DNA of 64,000 bases from Pseudomonadota bacterium (GCA_018241045.1 JAFEEP010000119.1:1277-65276); one strand, 5' to 3'; counted from the first letter of the stretch, positions 1-10,220 are shown. Numbers and translations are program-made. The notes: a model not told the origin generated them from the letters alone.

Positions 1-1
1 A

Positions 2-682
2 GGAGCCCGCGTGTGCGTAGCAGACCTCAATCTTGCCGGGGCGCAGTCCGTCGCCTCGGAACTGCGAGATGCGGGGCATGACGCCTTCGCTCTACCGGTC
101 GACGTGACCGACGAAATTGCGGTGAACGCCTGTTTTGCGCAGGCGGCCGAGCGGCTCGGCGGGCTCGATGGATGCCATTTCAATGCGGCGGACCTGCACA
201 CGATCTTTGCAGACTCCGATGCGCTGGCGGTGGATCTCGCGGTGTTCGACCGGACGCTGGCGGTGAACCTGCGCGGAAGCCTGTTGTGTACCCGCGCCGC
301 GCTGCCGCACCTGCTGGCAAGCGGACGGGGCGCGATCGTCTATACAGGTTCCGATGCGTCCGATGCAGGGGATCCCGAGCGGCCGAGCTATGCCGCCTCA
401 AAGAGCGGGCTGAACGCGCTGATGCGTCACGTCGCCTCGCGCTGGGGGCGCGAAGGGTTGACCGCAAACTGCATTTCTCCAGGCTTCGTTCTGACGCCCG
501 AGATGACGGCAAGGGGAGGCGTGCCGCAGGCGCTGCTGGACCAGTACCTGACCGTCACGCGCAGCACCCGACTGGGGCAAGTTGCTGATATTGCGGCGAT
601 GGTGGCGATGCTGCTGTCCGATGATGCGCGCTGGATCAACGGGCAGGTCATCCGCGTCGATGGCGGCGCACTGCTGGGGTAA
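2..682 (+). CDS. SDR family oxidoreductase (5'-truncated by window edge)
   Basis: YAASK catalytic motif, NCISPG, C-terminal GQVIRVDGG; TGxxxGxG lies upstream of the window. Confidence 0.9.
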   Translation, partial: GARVCVADLNLAGAQSVASELRDAGHDAFALPVDVTDEIAVNACFAQAAERLGGLDGCHFNAADLHTIFADSDALAVDLAVFDRTLAVNLRGSLLCTRAALPHLLASGRGAIVYTGSDASDAGDPERPSYAASKSGLNALMRHVASRWGREGLTANCISPGFVLTPEMTARGGVPQALLDQYLTVTRSTRLGQVADIAAMVAMLLSDDARWINGQVIRVDGGALLG

Positions 683-683
683 A

Positions 684-705
684 CGCATAATCCGTTCGGG
701 TGATG
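684..705. promoter_or_regulatory. Palindromic operator copy 1 (CGCATAATCCG-TT-CGGGTGATG), putative LuxR-type site
   Basis: Imperfect inverted repeat about 65 nt upstream of the BVMO start; near-identical to 4707-4730. Confidence 0.6.
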
Positions 706-769
706 TGGCACCATCCCGCGTGTGCCAATCCTCGTCCATCGAAGCATCACGGACACCAGAAGGACAGGC

Positions 770-2248
770 ATGACCGGGCAGCGCAAACTCAAGTATGCGA
801 TCGTCGGCGCGGGAATGGCGGGGATTCTCGCCGCCATCAGGCTGAAGGAACGCGGCGAGGATTTTACCGTGTTCGAAAAGGCCGATCGCATCGGCGGCAC
901 CTGGCGGGAAAACCGCTATCCGGGCCTGACTTGCGACGTACCGGCGCACGCCTATACCTACAGCTTCGAACCCTATCCCGATTGGCGGGCCTATTACGCC
1001 ACGGGCGCCGAGATCCAGGCCTATTTCGAGATGGTCGTCGCCAAGTACGGCATTGGCCCCTCAATCCGCTTCAATTCCGAAGTGACCGCGCTCGACTGGG
1101 ACGAAGGTCGCGCGAAGTGGACGCTGGCGCACCGCAATGGCGAGCGCGATGAATTTGACGTGGTGATCGCGGCATCGGGCGTGCTGCATCATCCCAAGCT
1201 GCCTGACATCGAAGGGCTGGAGTCCTTCGCGGGTGCGGCCTTCCATACTGCCCGCTGGGACGACATGGCGCCGATCGACGGCGCGCGCGTCGGCTTGATC
1301 GGGTCGGGTTCCACGGGCATTCAGATTGTTACTGCCATCAACAAAAAGGTTGAGCGGCTGGTCCACTTTCAGCGGTCCCCGCAATGGGTCATGCCTGTGC
1401 CCTATTTCCGCTACAGCGAGGAGGAGCGTGCCGCGTTCCGCCAAAATCCGGCACTGATCGACGCGATCCGCTTCAGCGACGAATACCTTGGCAACGTGCG
1501 TCGCTTCACCGACGCGATTACCGACGTCGACGGGCCGCAGATGAAGGTGATCGAAGACGTTTGCCGCGATCACTTTGAAAATTCGATCCGTGATCCCGAG
1601 CTGAAGGAAAAGCTGCGGCCCAACTATCGCGCCGCGTGCAAGCGGTTGATCTATTCGTGGTGCTATTACGAGGAAGTGCAGCACGCCGCCGTGCACGTCG
1701 AAACGGGCCGGATCGCGCGGATCGAACCGAAGGGCGTGCGCATGGCCGACGGCACGCTTCATGAACTCGACACGCTGATCCTGGCGACGGGGTTCCATGC
1801 CGACCGCTTCATTCGTCCGGCCGGCGTAACCGGACGCGGTGGGTTGACGCTCGACGCGTTCTGGGAACAACGCCCCACCGCGCACTATGCGGTCACGCTT
1901 CCCGACTTTCCCAATTTCTTCATGCTCAATGGTCCCACTGGCCCGGTCGGCAACTTTTCGCTGATAGATATTGCCGAACGCCAGTGGGGGTATGTCGACC
2001 AGCTGATCGACATACTGCGCAGCGGCGAGGCGGTTGCCGTCGCGCCGACCGCCGCTGCCCATGCCGGTTACGAGGAACGCCGGATTGCAGCCGCGAAGAA
2101 GACCATATTCGGGTCGGGTTGCCAAAGCTGGTATCTCGATGCCACGGGCGTACCGGCAAGCTGGCCGTGGTCTTACGACGCCTTTGTCGAGGCGATGGCC
2201 CGGCCAGACTTTACCGACTACGCGCTGACCGCCAGCGTCGACGCCTGA
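770..2248 (+). CDS. Baeyer-Villiger monooxygenase (type I flavin-containing monooxygenase)
   Basis: GAGMAG, GGTWRENRYPG..CD, BVMO fingerprint FAGAAFHTARWD, second Rossmann GSGSTG, ATGF; SD-like AGGA upstream of ATG 770. Confidence 0.9.
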   Translation: MTGQRKLKYAIVGAGMAGILAAIRLKERGEDFTVFEKADRIGGTWRENRYPGLTCDVPAHAYTYSFEPYPDWRAYYATGAEIQAYFEMVVAKYGIGPSIRFNSEVTALDWDEGRAKWTLAHRNGERDEFDVVIAASGVLHHPKLPDIEGLESFAGAAFHTARWDDMAPIDGARVGLIGSGSTGIQIVTAINKKVERLVHFQRSPQWVMPVPYFRYSEEERAAFRQNPALIDAIRFSDEYLGNVRRFTDAITDVDGPQMKVIEDVCRDHFENSIRDPELKEKLRPNYRAACKRLIYSWCYYEEVQHAAVHVETGRIARIEPKGVRMADGTLHELDTLILATGFHADRFIRPAGVTGRGGLTLDAFWEQRPTAHYAVTLPDFPNFFMLNGPTGPVGNFSLIDIAERQWGYVDQLIDILRSGEAVAVAPTAAAHAGYEERRIAAAKKTIFGSGCQSWYLDATGVPASWPWSYDAFVEAMARPDFTDYALTASVDA

Positions 2249-2293
2249 CCGCCCAGGGCCAGTCAATTCATCTGCGTTCGGCGGCCTCGCGTT

Positions 2294-3409
2294 TCACCCG
2301 TTCAGCGAGGCGAGCAGTGCGACAAGCTGCGACTGGCGATGGACGCCGGTCTTGGCGAACACGGCCCGCAACTGCACCTTGGCGGTGTTGTGTGCGATGC
2401 CGAGCCGCCTTGCTGCTTCGACCAGGGTATGCCCGTGGGCGAGCATTGCCGCAAGCCGCGCTTCGGCGGCGGTCAGGCCCAGCAGGTCGCGAAGCGCCTG
2501 CGGATCGGCGCTGGCCTCTGGCCCGGGGCGGGCAATGAACAGCGCGAGCGCGCCGGCGCCCGAATGGATCGCGCTGAGATCGAGCGCACGGGCAGTGACG
2601 ACAAGATCGCCGTGCTGCGGCCGGTCGATGCGGAAACGGGGCAGCGGAGTTGGAGGAGCGCGCCCGGCCAGCAAGTCACCGATCAGGCGCTGCTGTGTCT
2701 GATCGCTCGCCACCAGTTCCTCGCTCCGCCGCCGCAACCCTTCATCCTCGGCCAGGATACGGTCGGCCAGGGCATTGCTGCTGACGATGCGGCGGTTGCG
2801 ATCGAGCACGATCAGGGCAAGGCCGAGCCCCTGGGCGGTGGAATGGAACACACCATGCTGGGCACCGGCAAACTGGAGCCGCTCGAACAGCCCGACCGCG
2901 ATGCGCAGATGGGGCACCAGCGCTTGCAGCCGCAGCCGGTCCTCCCGGGTGAATTCAGTCAGGGTGTTGTGCCGGCTGAGGCGGAAACGCGCTTCAAAAC
3001 GGCCGTCGTTGGCGTGCTTGCGCCCTGCCTTGCCAAAGTGCAGGTCAATGCCCAGCACGATGTCGAAGCCGCTCTCGGCCATTGTGCGTCGATATTCGGG
3101 GAAGGCATGGTCGGGCAGCGTTGCCATGAATTCGGAATAGGACGTCACCTGCCCGTCCGGGAGGCCCTGGAACGGATCGTCGGCAAAAAGACTGTCGGCA
3201 TAGTTGGCGTTGAAATCAGGATTGCCGCCGGGGGTCAGAAACGTGGCTGGCCGGCGCTTGCCCGGTGCGGTGATGATCAGCGTGGCGAAGCTGGAGCCTA
3301 TCCACCCCGCCAGCGTCCGCAGGAACCCTTGCCAGGCAGGTTCCTCCTCGATCCCGCCATAAAGGCGGGCGAGGAGGTCGGAGAAGTCGGGGTCGATTGC
3401 GCCGCCCAT
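2294..3409 (-). CDS. LuxR-type C-terminal HTH transcriptional regulator with N-terminal sensor/PAS-like region
   Basis: C-terminal LTAAEARLA..LAHG..L.EAA..LGIAHNTAKVQLRAVFAKTGVHRQSQL. Confidence 0.9.
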   Translation of the reverse strand: MGGAIDPDFSDLLARLYGGIEEEPAWQGFLRTLAGWIGSSFATLIITAPGKRRPATFLTPGGNPDFNANYADSLFADDPFQGLPDGQVTSYSEFMATLPDHAFPEYRRTMAESGFDIVLGIDLHFGKAGRKHANDGRFEARFRLSRHNTLTEFTREDRLRLQALVPHLRIAVGLFERLQFAGAQHGVFHSTAQGLGLALIVLDRNRRIVSSNALADRILAEDEGLRRRSEELVASDQTQQRLIGDLLAGRAPPTPLPRFRIDRPQHGDLVVTARALDLSAIHSGAGALALFIARPGPEASADPQALRDLLGLTAAEARLAAMLAHGHTLVEAARRLGIAHNTAKVQLRAVFAKTGVHRQSQLVALLASLNG

Positions 3410-3467
3410 GCGTGATGCATAGGGCGGCGCAGGCGCCGCAGCCAGCGTGAACTGCAGCAAGCGAGGC

Positions 3468-4631
3468 CTATTCCGCTGCTTCGAGCGCGGCCTTTTCCGC
3501 CTTGTCCAGAGCGCGGAAGTGGGGAATGACCTTTTCGCCGATGTTGCGGATCGTTTCCATGATCACGTCGTGCGGGATGCCGCCCATCTGGAAGATGAAG
3601 AGGATCTCGTCCGCGCCCGCTTCCTTCAGACGCTGGACATAGCGGATGCAGTCCTCGGGCGTGCCATAGGCGTCCTGGGCCACGGTGTAGTTCGACAGGT
3701 GCTCGTCGCCGATCGGGATCGCCTCTTCGGAAAGATAGGCGACCGTTGCCCGCTTTTCCTCTTCAAGGATTGCCGCCTGCTGATCGGCGCTCAGGTTCTC
3801 GTCCACCGTGGGCTTGGGTCCGCCCTGATACCAGTAGGCGATGGATTCGGCGAAAAAGCGCTGACCGCGCAGGCCGATCTTGCGCGCCTCCTCCCGGTTG
3901 TCGAGCACGGTCGCGGCGCAGAGCGCGGCGAGGTGTTCGGTCGGGCGGAAGCCGACCTGGTCCTCCACCTTGCGATTGCGGAAGGCCTCGCGATAGATCG
4001 CGTTCTTCTTGGCGATCTCGTCCGGGCCGGAGAAGCCCAGCACCAGCGCGCCGATGCCGCGCGCACCCGCGGCCAGCAGCGTGTTTTCGCGTGTGCAGGC
4101 CATGTACATCGGCGGATGCGGATCCTGGTACGGCTTGGGGTGGATCGGCCGCTTGGGAATCTTGATGTACTGGCCGTCGTGTTCGATTTCGTCCTGCACC
4201 ATGATCTTGGGGATCAGGTACATCGATTCGTCGATCATCGGCGCCAGATCGTTGAGATCATAGCCAAAGGTGCCGGCCTCCTGCTGCGTGCCGCCCTTGC
4301 CCACGCCGAAGTGGAGGCGGCCTTGCGACAGGATATCAAGCGTAGCGATGCGCTCGGCCACCTTGACCGGGTGGTTCATCGCTGGCGGCAGGCAGACAAC
4401 GCCGTGCCCCACATGGATTCGGCTGGTCGCCCCGGCGATGAACGCCAGCACCGTTTCGGGCGCGGACATATGCGCGTATTGGGTCAGCGCCGTGTGCTCC
4501 ACGCACCAGATGCAGTCGAAGTCGAGACTCTCGGCCAACTTGGCCTGCTCGACGATCTGCAGGAATACTGCCTGTTCGTTCTGGCGGCTCGTGTCCACCA
4601 TCTGCGCTTCATAGATGATCGAGAACTTCAT
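3468..4631 (-). CDS. LLM-class (luciferase-like) flavin-dependent oxidoreductase
   Basis: WCVEH, HPVKVAERIATLDILSQGRLHFGVGKG, PKPYQDPHPP. Confidence 0.9.
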   Translation of the reverse strand: MKFSIIYEAQMVDTSRQNEQAVFLQIVEQAKLAESLDFDCIWCVEHTALTQYAHMSAPETVLAFIAGATSRIHVGHGVVCLPPAMNHPVKVAERIATLDILSQGRLHFGVGKGGTQQEAGTFGYDLNDLAPMIDESMYLIPKIMVQDEIEHDGQYIKIPKRPIHPKPYQDPHPPMYMACTRENTLLAAGARGIGALVLGFSGPDEIAKKNAIYREAFRNRKVEDQVGFRPTEHLAALCAATVLDNREEARKIGLRGQRFFAESIAYWYQGGPKPTVDENLSADQQAAILEEEKRATVAYLSEEAIPIGDEHLSNYTVAQDAYGTPEDCIRYVQRLKEAGADEILFIFQMGGIPHDVIMETIRNIGEKVIPHFRALDKAEKAALEAAE

Positions 4632-4706
4632 CGCTGCTTCTCCCGTGTCGTCCCTTTCAGGGTACGTGTGACTCGTGGGATCAAGTTACAGGCTGCGAAG
4701 GGTGCC

Positions 4707-4730
4707 CGCATAACCCGTTCGGGTTAAGCG
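4707..4730. promoter_or_regulatory. Palindromic operator copy 2 (CGCATAACCCG-TT-CGGGTTAAGCG)
   Basis: Perfect 7-bp arms TAACCCG/CGGGTTA in the divergent LLM/SDR intergenic region. Confidence 0.65.
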
Positions 4731-4771
4731 GGCCGACTGGCGCAGCATTACGATGCCGGACAACATAAACG

Positions 4772-5644
4772 ATGCGGGAGAAGCAGGCCGTGACACGCGA
4801 TGCAGAGGTATTTGGCGGCGGAGTAGCTGTGATCACCGGTGCAGGATCGGGCATCGGCGCGGGACTGGCGCGGCGTGCCGGGGCACTGGGGATGACGGTG
4901 ATTGCCGCTGATATCGACGAAGCCGGGGCAGGCCAGACCGTTGCCGAAATCGTTGCGAGGGGCGGCCGGGGCGAAGCGGTGCGCGTCGATGTGGCGCGAG
5001 CCGAGGAACTCGATGCGCTGGCCGAACACGTCTTCGCCCGCCACGGCGCAGTCCGACTTCTGGTCAACAATGCGGGAATCGAGACCGTTGGCTACAGTTG
5101 GGAAATCCCGGCCGACCGCTGGGATCGCACGCTTGCGATCAATGTTCACGGGGTTATTCACGGCGTGCGGGCCTTTGTGCCACGGATGCTGGAAACCGGG
5201 CAGGAATGCTGGATCGGCAATGTCACTTCGGTCGCGGCCTTCGGTCATATGCCAGCGCAAACCGCCTACATGGTCAGCAAGCACGCGGTGCAATCGTTCA
5301 GCGAATGCCTCTACCTGGAACTGGAGCTGAAGCAGGCGCCGATCCACGTCAGCTCGATTGTCCCCGGCACGGTGCGCACCGCCATCTTCGATGCACGCAA
5401 CAATGCCGGGGAGCCTGCGAGCGCGCAGGGTCATCGCGGTGCGATGGCGGCGATGCTGGACGAACACGGCATGGCTGCCGATGATGCCGCAGCCCTGTTT
5501 CTGGCGCAGATGGCCGAGGGCCGCTTCTGGGTCCACAGCCACCCGGAGATGGCCGAGGCGATGGCCGCCGCGCGCGGTGCGTTCCTGGCCGGTCAGCTTG
5601 CGCCGGTAATGCCGGAAATTGCTCGCCATATCGCAGTTGAATGA
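4772..5644 (+). CDS. SDR family oxidoreductase
   Basis: TGAGSGIG, NNAG, YMVSK. Confidence 0.9.
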   Translation: MREKQAVTRDAEVFGGGVAVITGAGSGIGAGLARRAGALGMTVIAADIDEAGAGQTVAEIVARGGRGEAVRVDVARAEELDALAEHVFARHGAVRLLVNNAGIETVGYSWEIPADRWDRTLAINVHGVIHGVRAFVPRMLETGQECWIGNVTSVAAFGHMPAQTAYMVSKHAVQSFSECLYLELELKQAPIHVSSIVPGTVRTAIFDARNNAGEPASAQGHRGAMAAMLDEHGMAADDAAALFLAQMAEGRFWVHSHPEMAEAMAAARGAFLAGQLAPVMPEIARHIAVE

Positions 5645-5754
5645 CCGAACATCATGCGCAATCATGCATCTCAAGTGGGAATGATGCTAAATATGCGTAG
5701 CGATATCCAAAATGAGGTGCATACATGCCTGCGCCTGACCGGGAGAGTTCCAAT

Positions 5755-6534
5755 ATGACGACAGAATTGAAACCGGACCTGGGATCGCCGGGCACTGCTG
5801 TGGTGATCACGGGAGGCGCCTCGGGATTGGGGTTTGCCACGGCGCGAGCGCTGGCTGCGGTGGGACGTCCGGTTGCACTGTGGGATCTCGATGCCACGCG
5901 GGCGGCGGATGCGGCTGCACGAGTCACCGCAGAGTTCGGCACGCGGGCGATCGGGCTGGGCGTGGACGTGCGCGATCTCGCCGCGATCGAGGCGGGCGCG
6001 CAGGCGACGCTGGCGCAGCTGCCCAACGTCGGTGGGCTGGTGCATTGCGCCGGGATAGTCGACACCGACAGCCTCGATGGCATGACCGAGGAGAGCTGGG
6101 ATTCTGGTATTGCCGTGCACCTGCGGGCGCTGCCCTTCCTGATCAAGGCGTTCCTGCCCTCCCTCAAGGCACAGCCGGGCTCGGCGATCGTTGCCACCGC
6201 TTCGATCAATGCGACGCTCGGCAATGCGGTCAACCCGATCTATTCGGCTGGAAAGGGCGGCATCCTGTCCATCGTGCGTTCGCTGGCCGACCGGCTTGGC
6301 CGCGACGGCATTCGCATCAATTCGATTTCGCCGGGCCAGATCCTGACGCCGATGCTGCAGCCATCGGTCGATGCGCTGCCGCAGGGCTACTTCGAAAAGC
6401 GCATCCTGCTCGAACGTCTGGGTGCGCCGGAAGAGATCGGCCGGGCAGTGCGCTTCCTGCTGTCGGACGAGGCAAGCTATATCACTGCGGCGGAACTGGT
6501 CGTCGATGGCGGAAACATTTCCTCGCAACGATAG
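5755..6534 (+). CDS. SDR family oxidoreductase
   Basis: TGGASGLG, YSAGK, NSISPG; SD GGGAGAG before ATG 5755. Confidence 0.9.
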   Translation: MTTELKPDLGSPGTAVVITGGASGLGFATARALAAVGRPVALWDLDATRAADAAARVTAEFGTRAIGLGVDVRDLAAIEAGAQATLAQLPNVGGLVHCAGIVDTDSLDGMTEESWDSGIAVHLRALPFLIKAFLPSLKAQPGSAIVATASINATLGNAVNPIYSAGKGGILSIVRSLADRLGRDGIRINSISPGQILTPMLQPSVDALPQGYFEKRILLERLGAPEEIGRAVRFLLSDEASYITAAELVVDGGNISSQR

Positions 6535-6553
6535 GGCTTCAGGGAGAGAGCGG

Positions 6554-7324
6554 ATGGACAAGGATTTTCCGGATGGCGCCACCATCGTATTCGGGGGCAG
6601 CGGCGGGATCGGCCGCGGTGTCGCGCTGGAATTCGCGAAGGCCGGCAGCGACGTGGCGGTGGTCTATCGGTCGAAGCGGGACGTCGCCGAAGCGGTTGCG
6701 GGCGACATCCGCGCGGCCGGGCGCAACGCCTCGATCCATTGCGCCGACGTGCGCAACCGCGCCGAGGTTCAGGCTGCGTTCGCCAGAGCCGTTGCCGAGC
6801 ACGGTCGGGTTCATACAGTGGTATGGGGCGCGGGGCCAGTGGTGCCACAAGTGCGCATCGCGGACTGGAGCGAGGAAATGTTCCGCAATTCGATGGAAAT
6901 CGAGGCGTTTGGCTTCAACAACGCCGTGCATACCGCGCTGCCGCATTTGCGCGAAATGGGTGGGGGCAGCTTCGTTCACCTTGGCAGCGCAGGACATGAC
7001 TGGTGGCCAGCGCTCGATGGATTGTCGGTCGCGCCGAAGGCCTGCAACGAGGCGCTGATCAAGGGCATCGCCAAGGAAGAAGGGCGCAATGAAATTCGCG
7101 CCAATTCGATCCTGGTCGGGGTGATTGACGCCGGTCAGTTTCAGGTGGGCAAGGAAGCGGGCACGTTCACGGCTGAGTGGGAAGCGGCGGTCAAGGAGAT
7201 GCTGCCGCTCAAGCGGTGGGGGGCTCCGCGCGACATCGGGCAGGCTGCGGTCTATTTCGCATCCGCCCGCGCGAACTATGTTACCGGGCAGACGATTTCC
7301 GTGGCGGGCGGCTTTGGTGTCTGA
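6554..7324 (+). CDS. SDR family oxidoreductase, atypical (no catalytic Tyr)
   Basis: GGSGGIG, C-terminal TGQTISVAGG; SVAPK in place of YxxxK; SD GGGAGAG. Confidence 0.85.
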   Translation: MDKDFPDGATIVFGGSGGIGRGVALEFAKAGSDVAVVYRSKRDVAEAVAGDIRAAGRNASIHCADVRNRAEVQAAFARAVAEHGRVHTVVWGAGPVVPQVRIADWSEEMFRNSMEIEAFGFNNAVHTALPHLREMGGGSFVHLGSAGHDWWPALDGLSVAPKACNEALIKGIAKEEGRNEIRANSILVGVIDAGQFQVGKEAGTFTAEWEAAVKEMLPLKRWGAPRDIGQAAVYFASARANYVTGQTISVAGGFGV

Positions 7325-7862
7325 CGGCTTGGCGCTGGCGCCGCATATCGTGACAGCCGAGGAGGCTGCGGATCGCGAGGCCTTGCGCCATCTGGTCGCG
7401 GCCTATGGCCATGCGATCGACCGGCGCGACTACGCCCTGTTGCGCTTGCTTTATCATGATGACGCGGTGGACGATCACACGCCCTATTATTGCGGTTCGG
7501 CCAGCGGCTATGTCGATTGGTTGCCGACCATGATGGCCCATTGGCAAGCGACAATGCATACCGCGTTATCGATGCTGTTCGCCATCGACGGCGACCGCGC
7601 CGAGGGCGAGATCACGGCGCGTGCCTGGCACCTGACCGCGGATGGGGCGCGCCAATTCGTGGCGTGGGGCCGCTATGCCGACCAATACCAAAGATGCGAA
7701 GGGGTCTGGCGCTTTGCCCGGCGCTCGTTCATCCTCGATTTCAGCGAGGACCTGCCGGCCCCGGCGGGAGGCGATTTCGGCAGCGAGGGCGTGGCCACCG
7801 GACGCGCCGGGCCGGACGATCCGGTCCATGCACGGTTGCGGATGTTTGCACGCGCTGGTTGA
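7317..7862 (+). CDS. NTF2/SnoaL-like protein
   Basis: DREALRHLVAAYGHAIDRRD ... GRYADQY..EGVWRFARR; GTG start overlapping the upstream gene end. Confidence 0.85.
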   Translation: MSDGLALAPHIVTAEEAADREALRHLVAAYGHAIDRRDYALLRLLYHDDAVDDHTPYYCGSASGYVDWLPTMMAHWQATMHTALSMLFAIDGDRAEGEITARAWHLTADGARQFVAWGRYADQYQRCEGVWRFARRSFILDFSEDLPAPAGGDFGSEGVATGRAGPDDPVHARLRMFARAG

Positions 7863-7921
7863 CGCATCGATAGTCAGGTGCGGCAGGCAATGCGGCGAAG
7901 GCTTGGCGTTGTAGCCGCGAG

Positions 7922-9241
7922 CTACCCATTCTCCCCGGCGGCAACCTTCAGGGCAGTGTGATCGCGCTCGAGCGTGTGGATCGCGGCGCGCGCGGCCCAT
8001 ACACCGATGGCTGCAGTCGGCAGCGCGACGCTGAGCCCGATGCGCAGGCCCATCGCGCCGGTCCCGGCGATCCAGTCGCTGACCTGGCCGGCAACCAGCG
8101 GCCCAAGCACGGTTGCGAACAAGCCGGTAACCAGCAGGACGATCGCGGTGCCCGTGGCGCGATAGGCGTTGGGCAGCAGGTATTGCAGCCCGGCCATGAC
8201 CGCGACTGACCAGCCACCGCCAAGCAACCCTGCCGGGACCGCCAGGATGCGAGCCAGGGTAAAGTTGTCGAGCCAGGTCACCACGATGATAAGCAGGGTG
8301 CAGCCGCCAAGAGCAAAGGCAGAAAGGCGCATCTGGACAGTTGGATCGTTCCGCCCGCGCCGATCGGCGAGGACGCCGAAGCCGAGCATTCCGGCAAGGC
8401 CCGGCAGGCCAAAGCTGAGCGCGAAGGCGGCGCCTGCGTCCCGCGTGGAGAGTCCATAGGCCCGTTCGAACAGGGCCGGTCCCCACATTCCGAAGGTGAC
8501 ACCCGAAAGCGTGCCAAAGGCGAGCAGCGCGGCGAGGTGACGCAGCGATGGCGTGCCAACCAGCAAGCGCAGGGTCGGCCACAGCGGCGGGACCAGCGCG
8601 GCGTGGGCCGCGGTCTCGCGCGCCGGTTCGCGCACGATCAGGAAGGTCGCCGCGGCGATGACCAGCCCTGCCACGCCCAGCGCGTGAAATGCGGCGCGCC
8701 AATCATACACGGCGGCAATCGCTGGCCCGCCTGCGAAGCCCATCATCTGGCCGAAATAGATCGCTGTTCCGAGCAGGGCGAAGGCGCGGCCACGTTGCTC
8801 TACCGGGAAATAGGCGGCGATCAGCGCGGCGGCGGGAGCCTGATAGGCTGCTTCGCCGATGCCGACGCCGACGCGCGATAGCGCCAGCATGGCGGGCGAG
8901 GTGGCCATGCCCGAAAGCAGCGTGAAAAAGCTCCACACCGCGCAGCCAGTCGCCACGATCACCACGCGTGAGCGGCGATCCGCAAGCCTTGCGATCGGCA
9001 GCGCGAAAACGGTGTAGAGCAGCACGAAGGCCGGGCCCATGAGCGCGCCCATCGCCGCATCGCCAATGCCGAACTGCGCCTTGATCGGTTCTGCCAGCCC
9101 CGACATCAGGAAGCGGTCGGCATAGTTGAGCATGGCGACGAAGACGAGCAGCGTCAGTGCGAGCCAGCGGTTGGTGAGCGGACGACCATTCACGCAATGC
9201 GTGGCTGCCGTCTGGGCGGTCGGAGACAGGGGGGCGGCCAT
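7922..9241 (-). CDS. MFS transporter (spinster-like)
   Basis: LNYADR, motif A ARLADRRSR, RVGVGIGEA, about 12 hydrophobic segments. Confidence 0.9.
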   Translation of the reverse strand: MAAPLSPTAQTAATHCVNGRPLTNRWLALTLLVFVAMLNYADRFLMSGLAEPIKAQFGIGDAAMGALMGPAFVLLYTVFALPIARLADRRSRVVIVATGCAVWSFFTLLSGMATSPAMLALSRVGVGIGEAAYQAPAAALIAAYFPVEQRGRAFALLGTAIYFGQMMGFAGGPAIAAVYDWRAAFHALGVAGLVIAAATFLIVREPARETAAHAALVPPLWPTLRLLVGTPSLRHLAALLAFGTLSGVTFGMWGPALFERAYGLSTRDAGAAFALSFGLPGLAGMLGFGVLADRRGRNDPTVQMRLSAFALGGCTLLIIVVTWLDNFTLARILAVPAGLLGGGWSVAVMAGLQYLLPNAYRATGTAIVLLVTGLFATVLGPLVAGQVSDWIAGTGAMGLRIGLSVALPTAAIGVWAARAAIHTLERDHTALKVAAGENG

Positions 9242-9247
9242 CCGTCA

Positions 9248-10006
9248 TCAATCCCGCATCTGCCCGCCACCGTTGACGTGCCAGACCTGTCCGTTGACCC
9301 AGGCGCCATCGTCGGAAGCGAGAAACGTGACCGCGGCGGCGATGTCCTCGGGTTGGCCCAGTCGGGTGTGAGGCACGGCCTTCAGCCCGCGTTCGACATA
9401 TTCGTCCGTCAGATGCTGCTTGACCGCCTCGGTCAGGACAAGGCCGGGGCAGATCACGTTGGCGCGCACGCCTTGCTTGCCAAAGCGGGCGGCGACGTGG
9501 CGGGCGAGAGCGTGAATCGCGTTCTTGGTCATCGGATAGGCGACCTGCCACGCCGCACCGGCCGAGGCCGCTCCAGACGAGGTATAGATCATCGCTCCGC
9601 CGCCGCGTTCGATCAGCCTGGGCAGGGCGGCCTGACTGGCGAGGAAATGGCTCTTGGTGTTGATCGCAAAGCTGGTGTCGAGCACGTCGACCGGGCAATC
9701 GAGAATGTCGATGTCTCCGCCGGTGCCACCGGCAAGGTTGGAATGGTAGAAGTCCAGGCCACCATAGGTTTCGATTGCGCAGGCGACGATGGCGGCCTGC
9801 GATTCGGCGTTGGTCCCGTCAAGCATCACGCCCGTTGCGGAACCGCCAGCGGCGCGGATGCTGTCGGCTACTTCGAGCGCCCAATCGCCTTGCAGGTCGC
9901 CAACCACGACATGCGCGCCTTCTTCGGCGAGTCGCCGCGCGGTTGCTGCGCCAATGCCGCGCCCGCCACCAGCGACGATGCCGACCTTGCTCTTGAGGCC
10001 TTTCAT
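9248..10006 (-). CDS. SDR family oxidoreductase
   Basis: GGGRGIG, YPMTK, NVICPG; resembles the SDR at 2-682. Confidence 0.9.
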   Translation of the reverse strand: MKGLKSKVGIVAGGGRGIGAATARRLAEEGAHVVVGDLQGDWALEVADSIRAAGGSATGVMLDGTNAESQAAIVACAIETYGGLDFYHSNLAGGTGGDIDILDCPVDVLDTSFAINTKSHFLASQAALPRLIERGGGAMIYTSSGAASAGAAWQVAYPMTKNAIHALARHVAARFGKQGVRANVICPGLVLTEAVKQHLTDEYVERGLKAVPHTRLGQPEDIAAAVTFLASDDGAWVNGQVWHVNGGGQMRD

Positions 10007-10034
10007 CCGTCCATCTCCCGCTTGCTTCGCATAA

Positions 10035-10064
10035 TGCGAAAAAAATGCAATCGAATATTATGCA
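10035..10064. promoter_or_regulatory. Island operator box TGCGAA-N18-TATGCA
   Basis: 28 nt upstream of the SDR start at 10006; same spacing as the other copies. Confidence 0.55.
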
Positions 10065-10220
10065 AATATGGATATATGAGCTGAATAAATGATGCAATAG
10101 GGGTGGAAGCGGGATTTTGATTCCGCATTGCTGGGATTTCGATTGACGATCGGCTGGGGCCGCGGTGGTATGCGGGGTGTCGACGTATTCAATTTGGGAA
10201 ATGCGCATTCCTTTTGCGAA

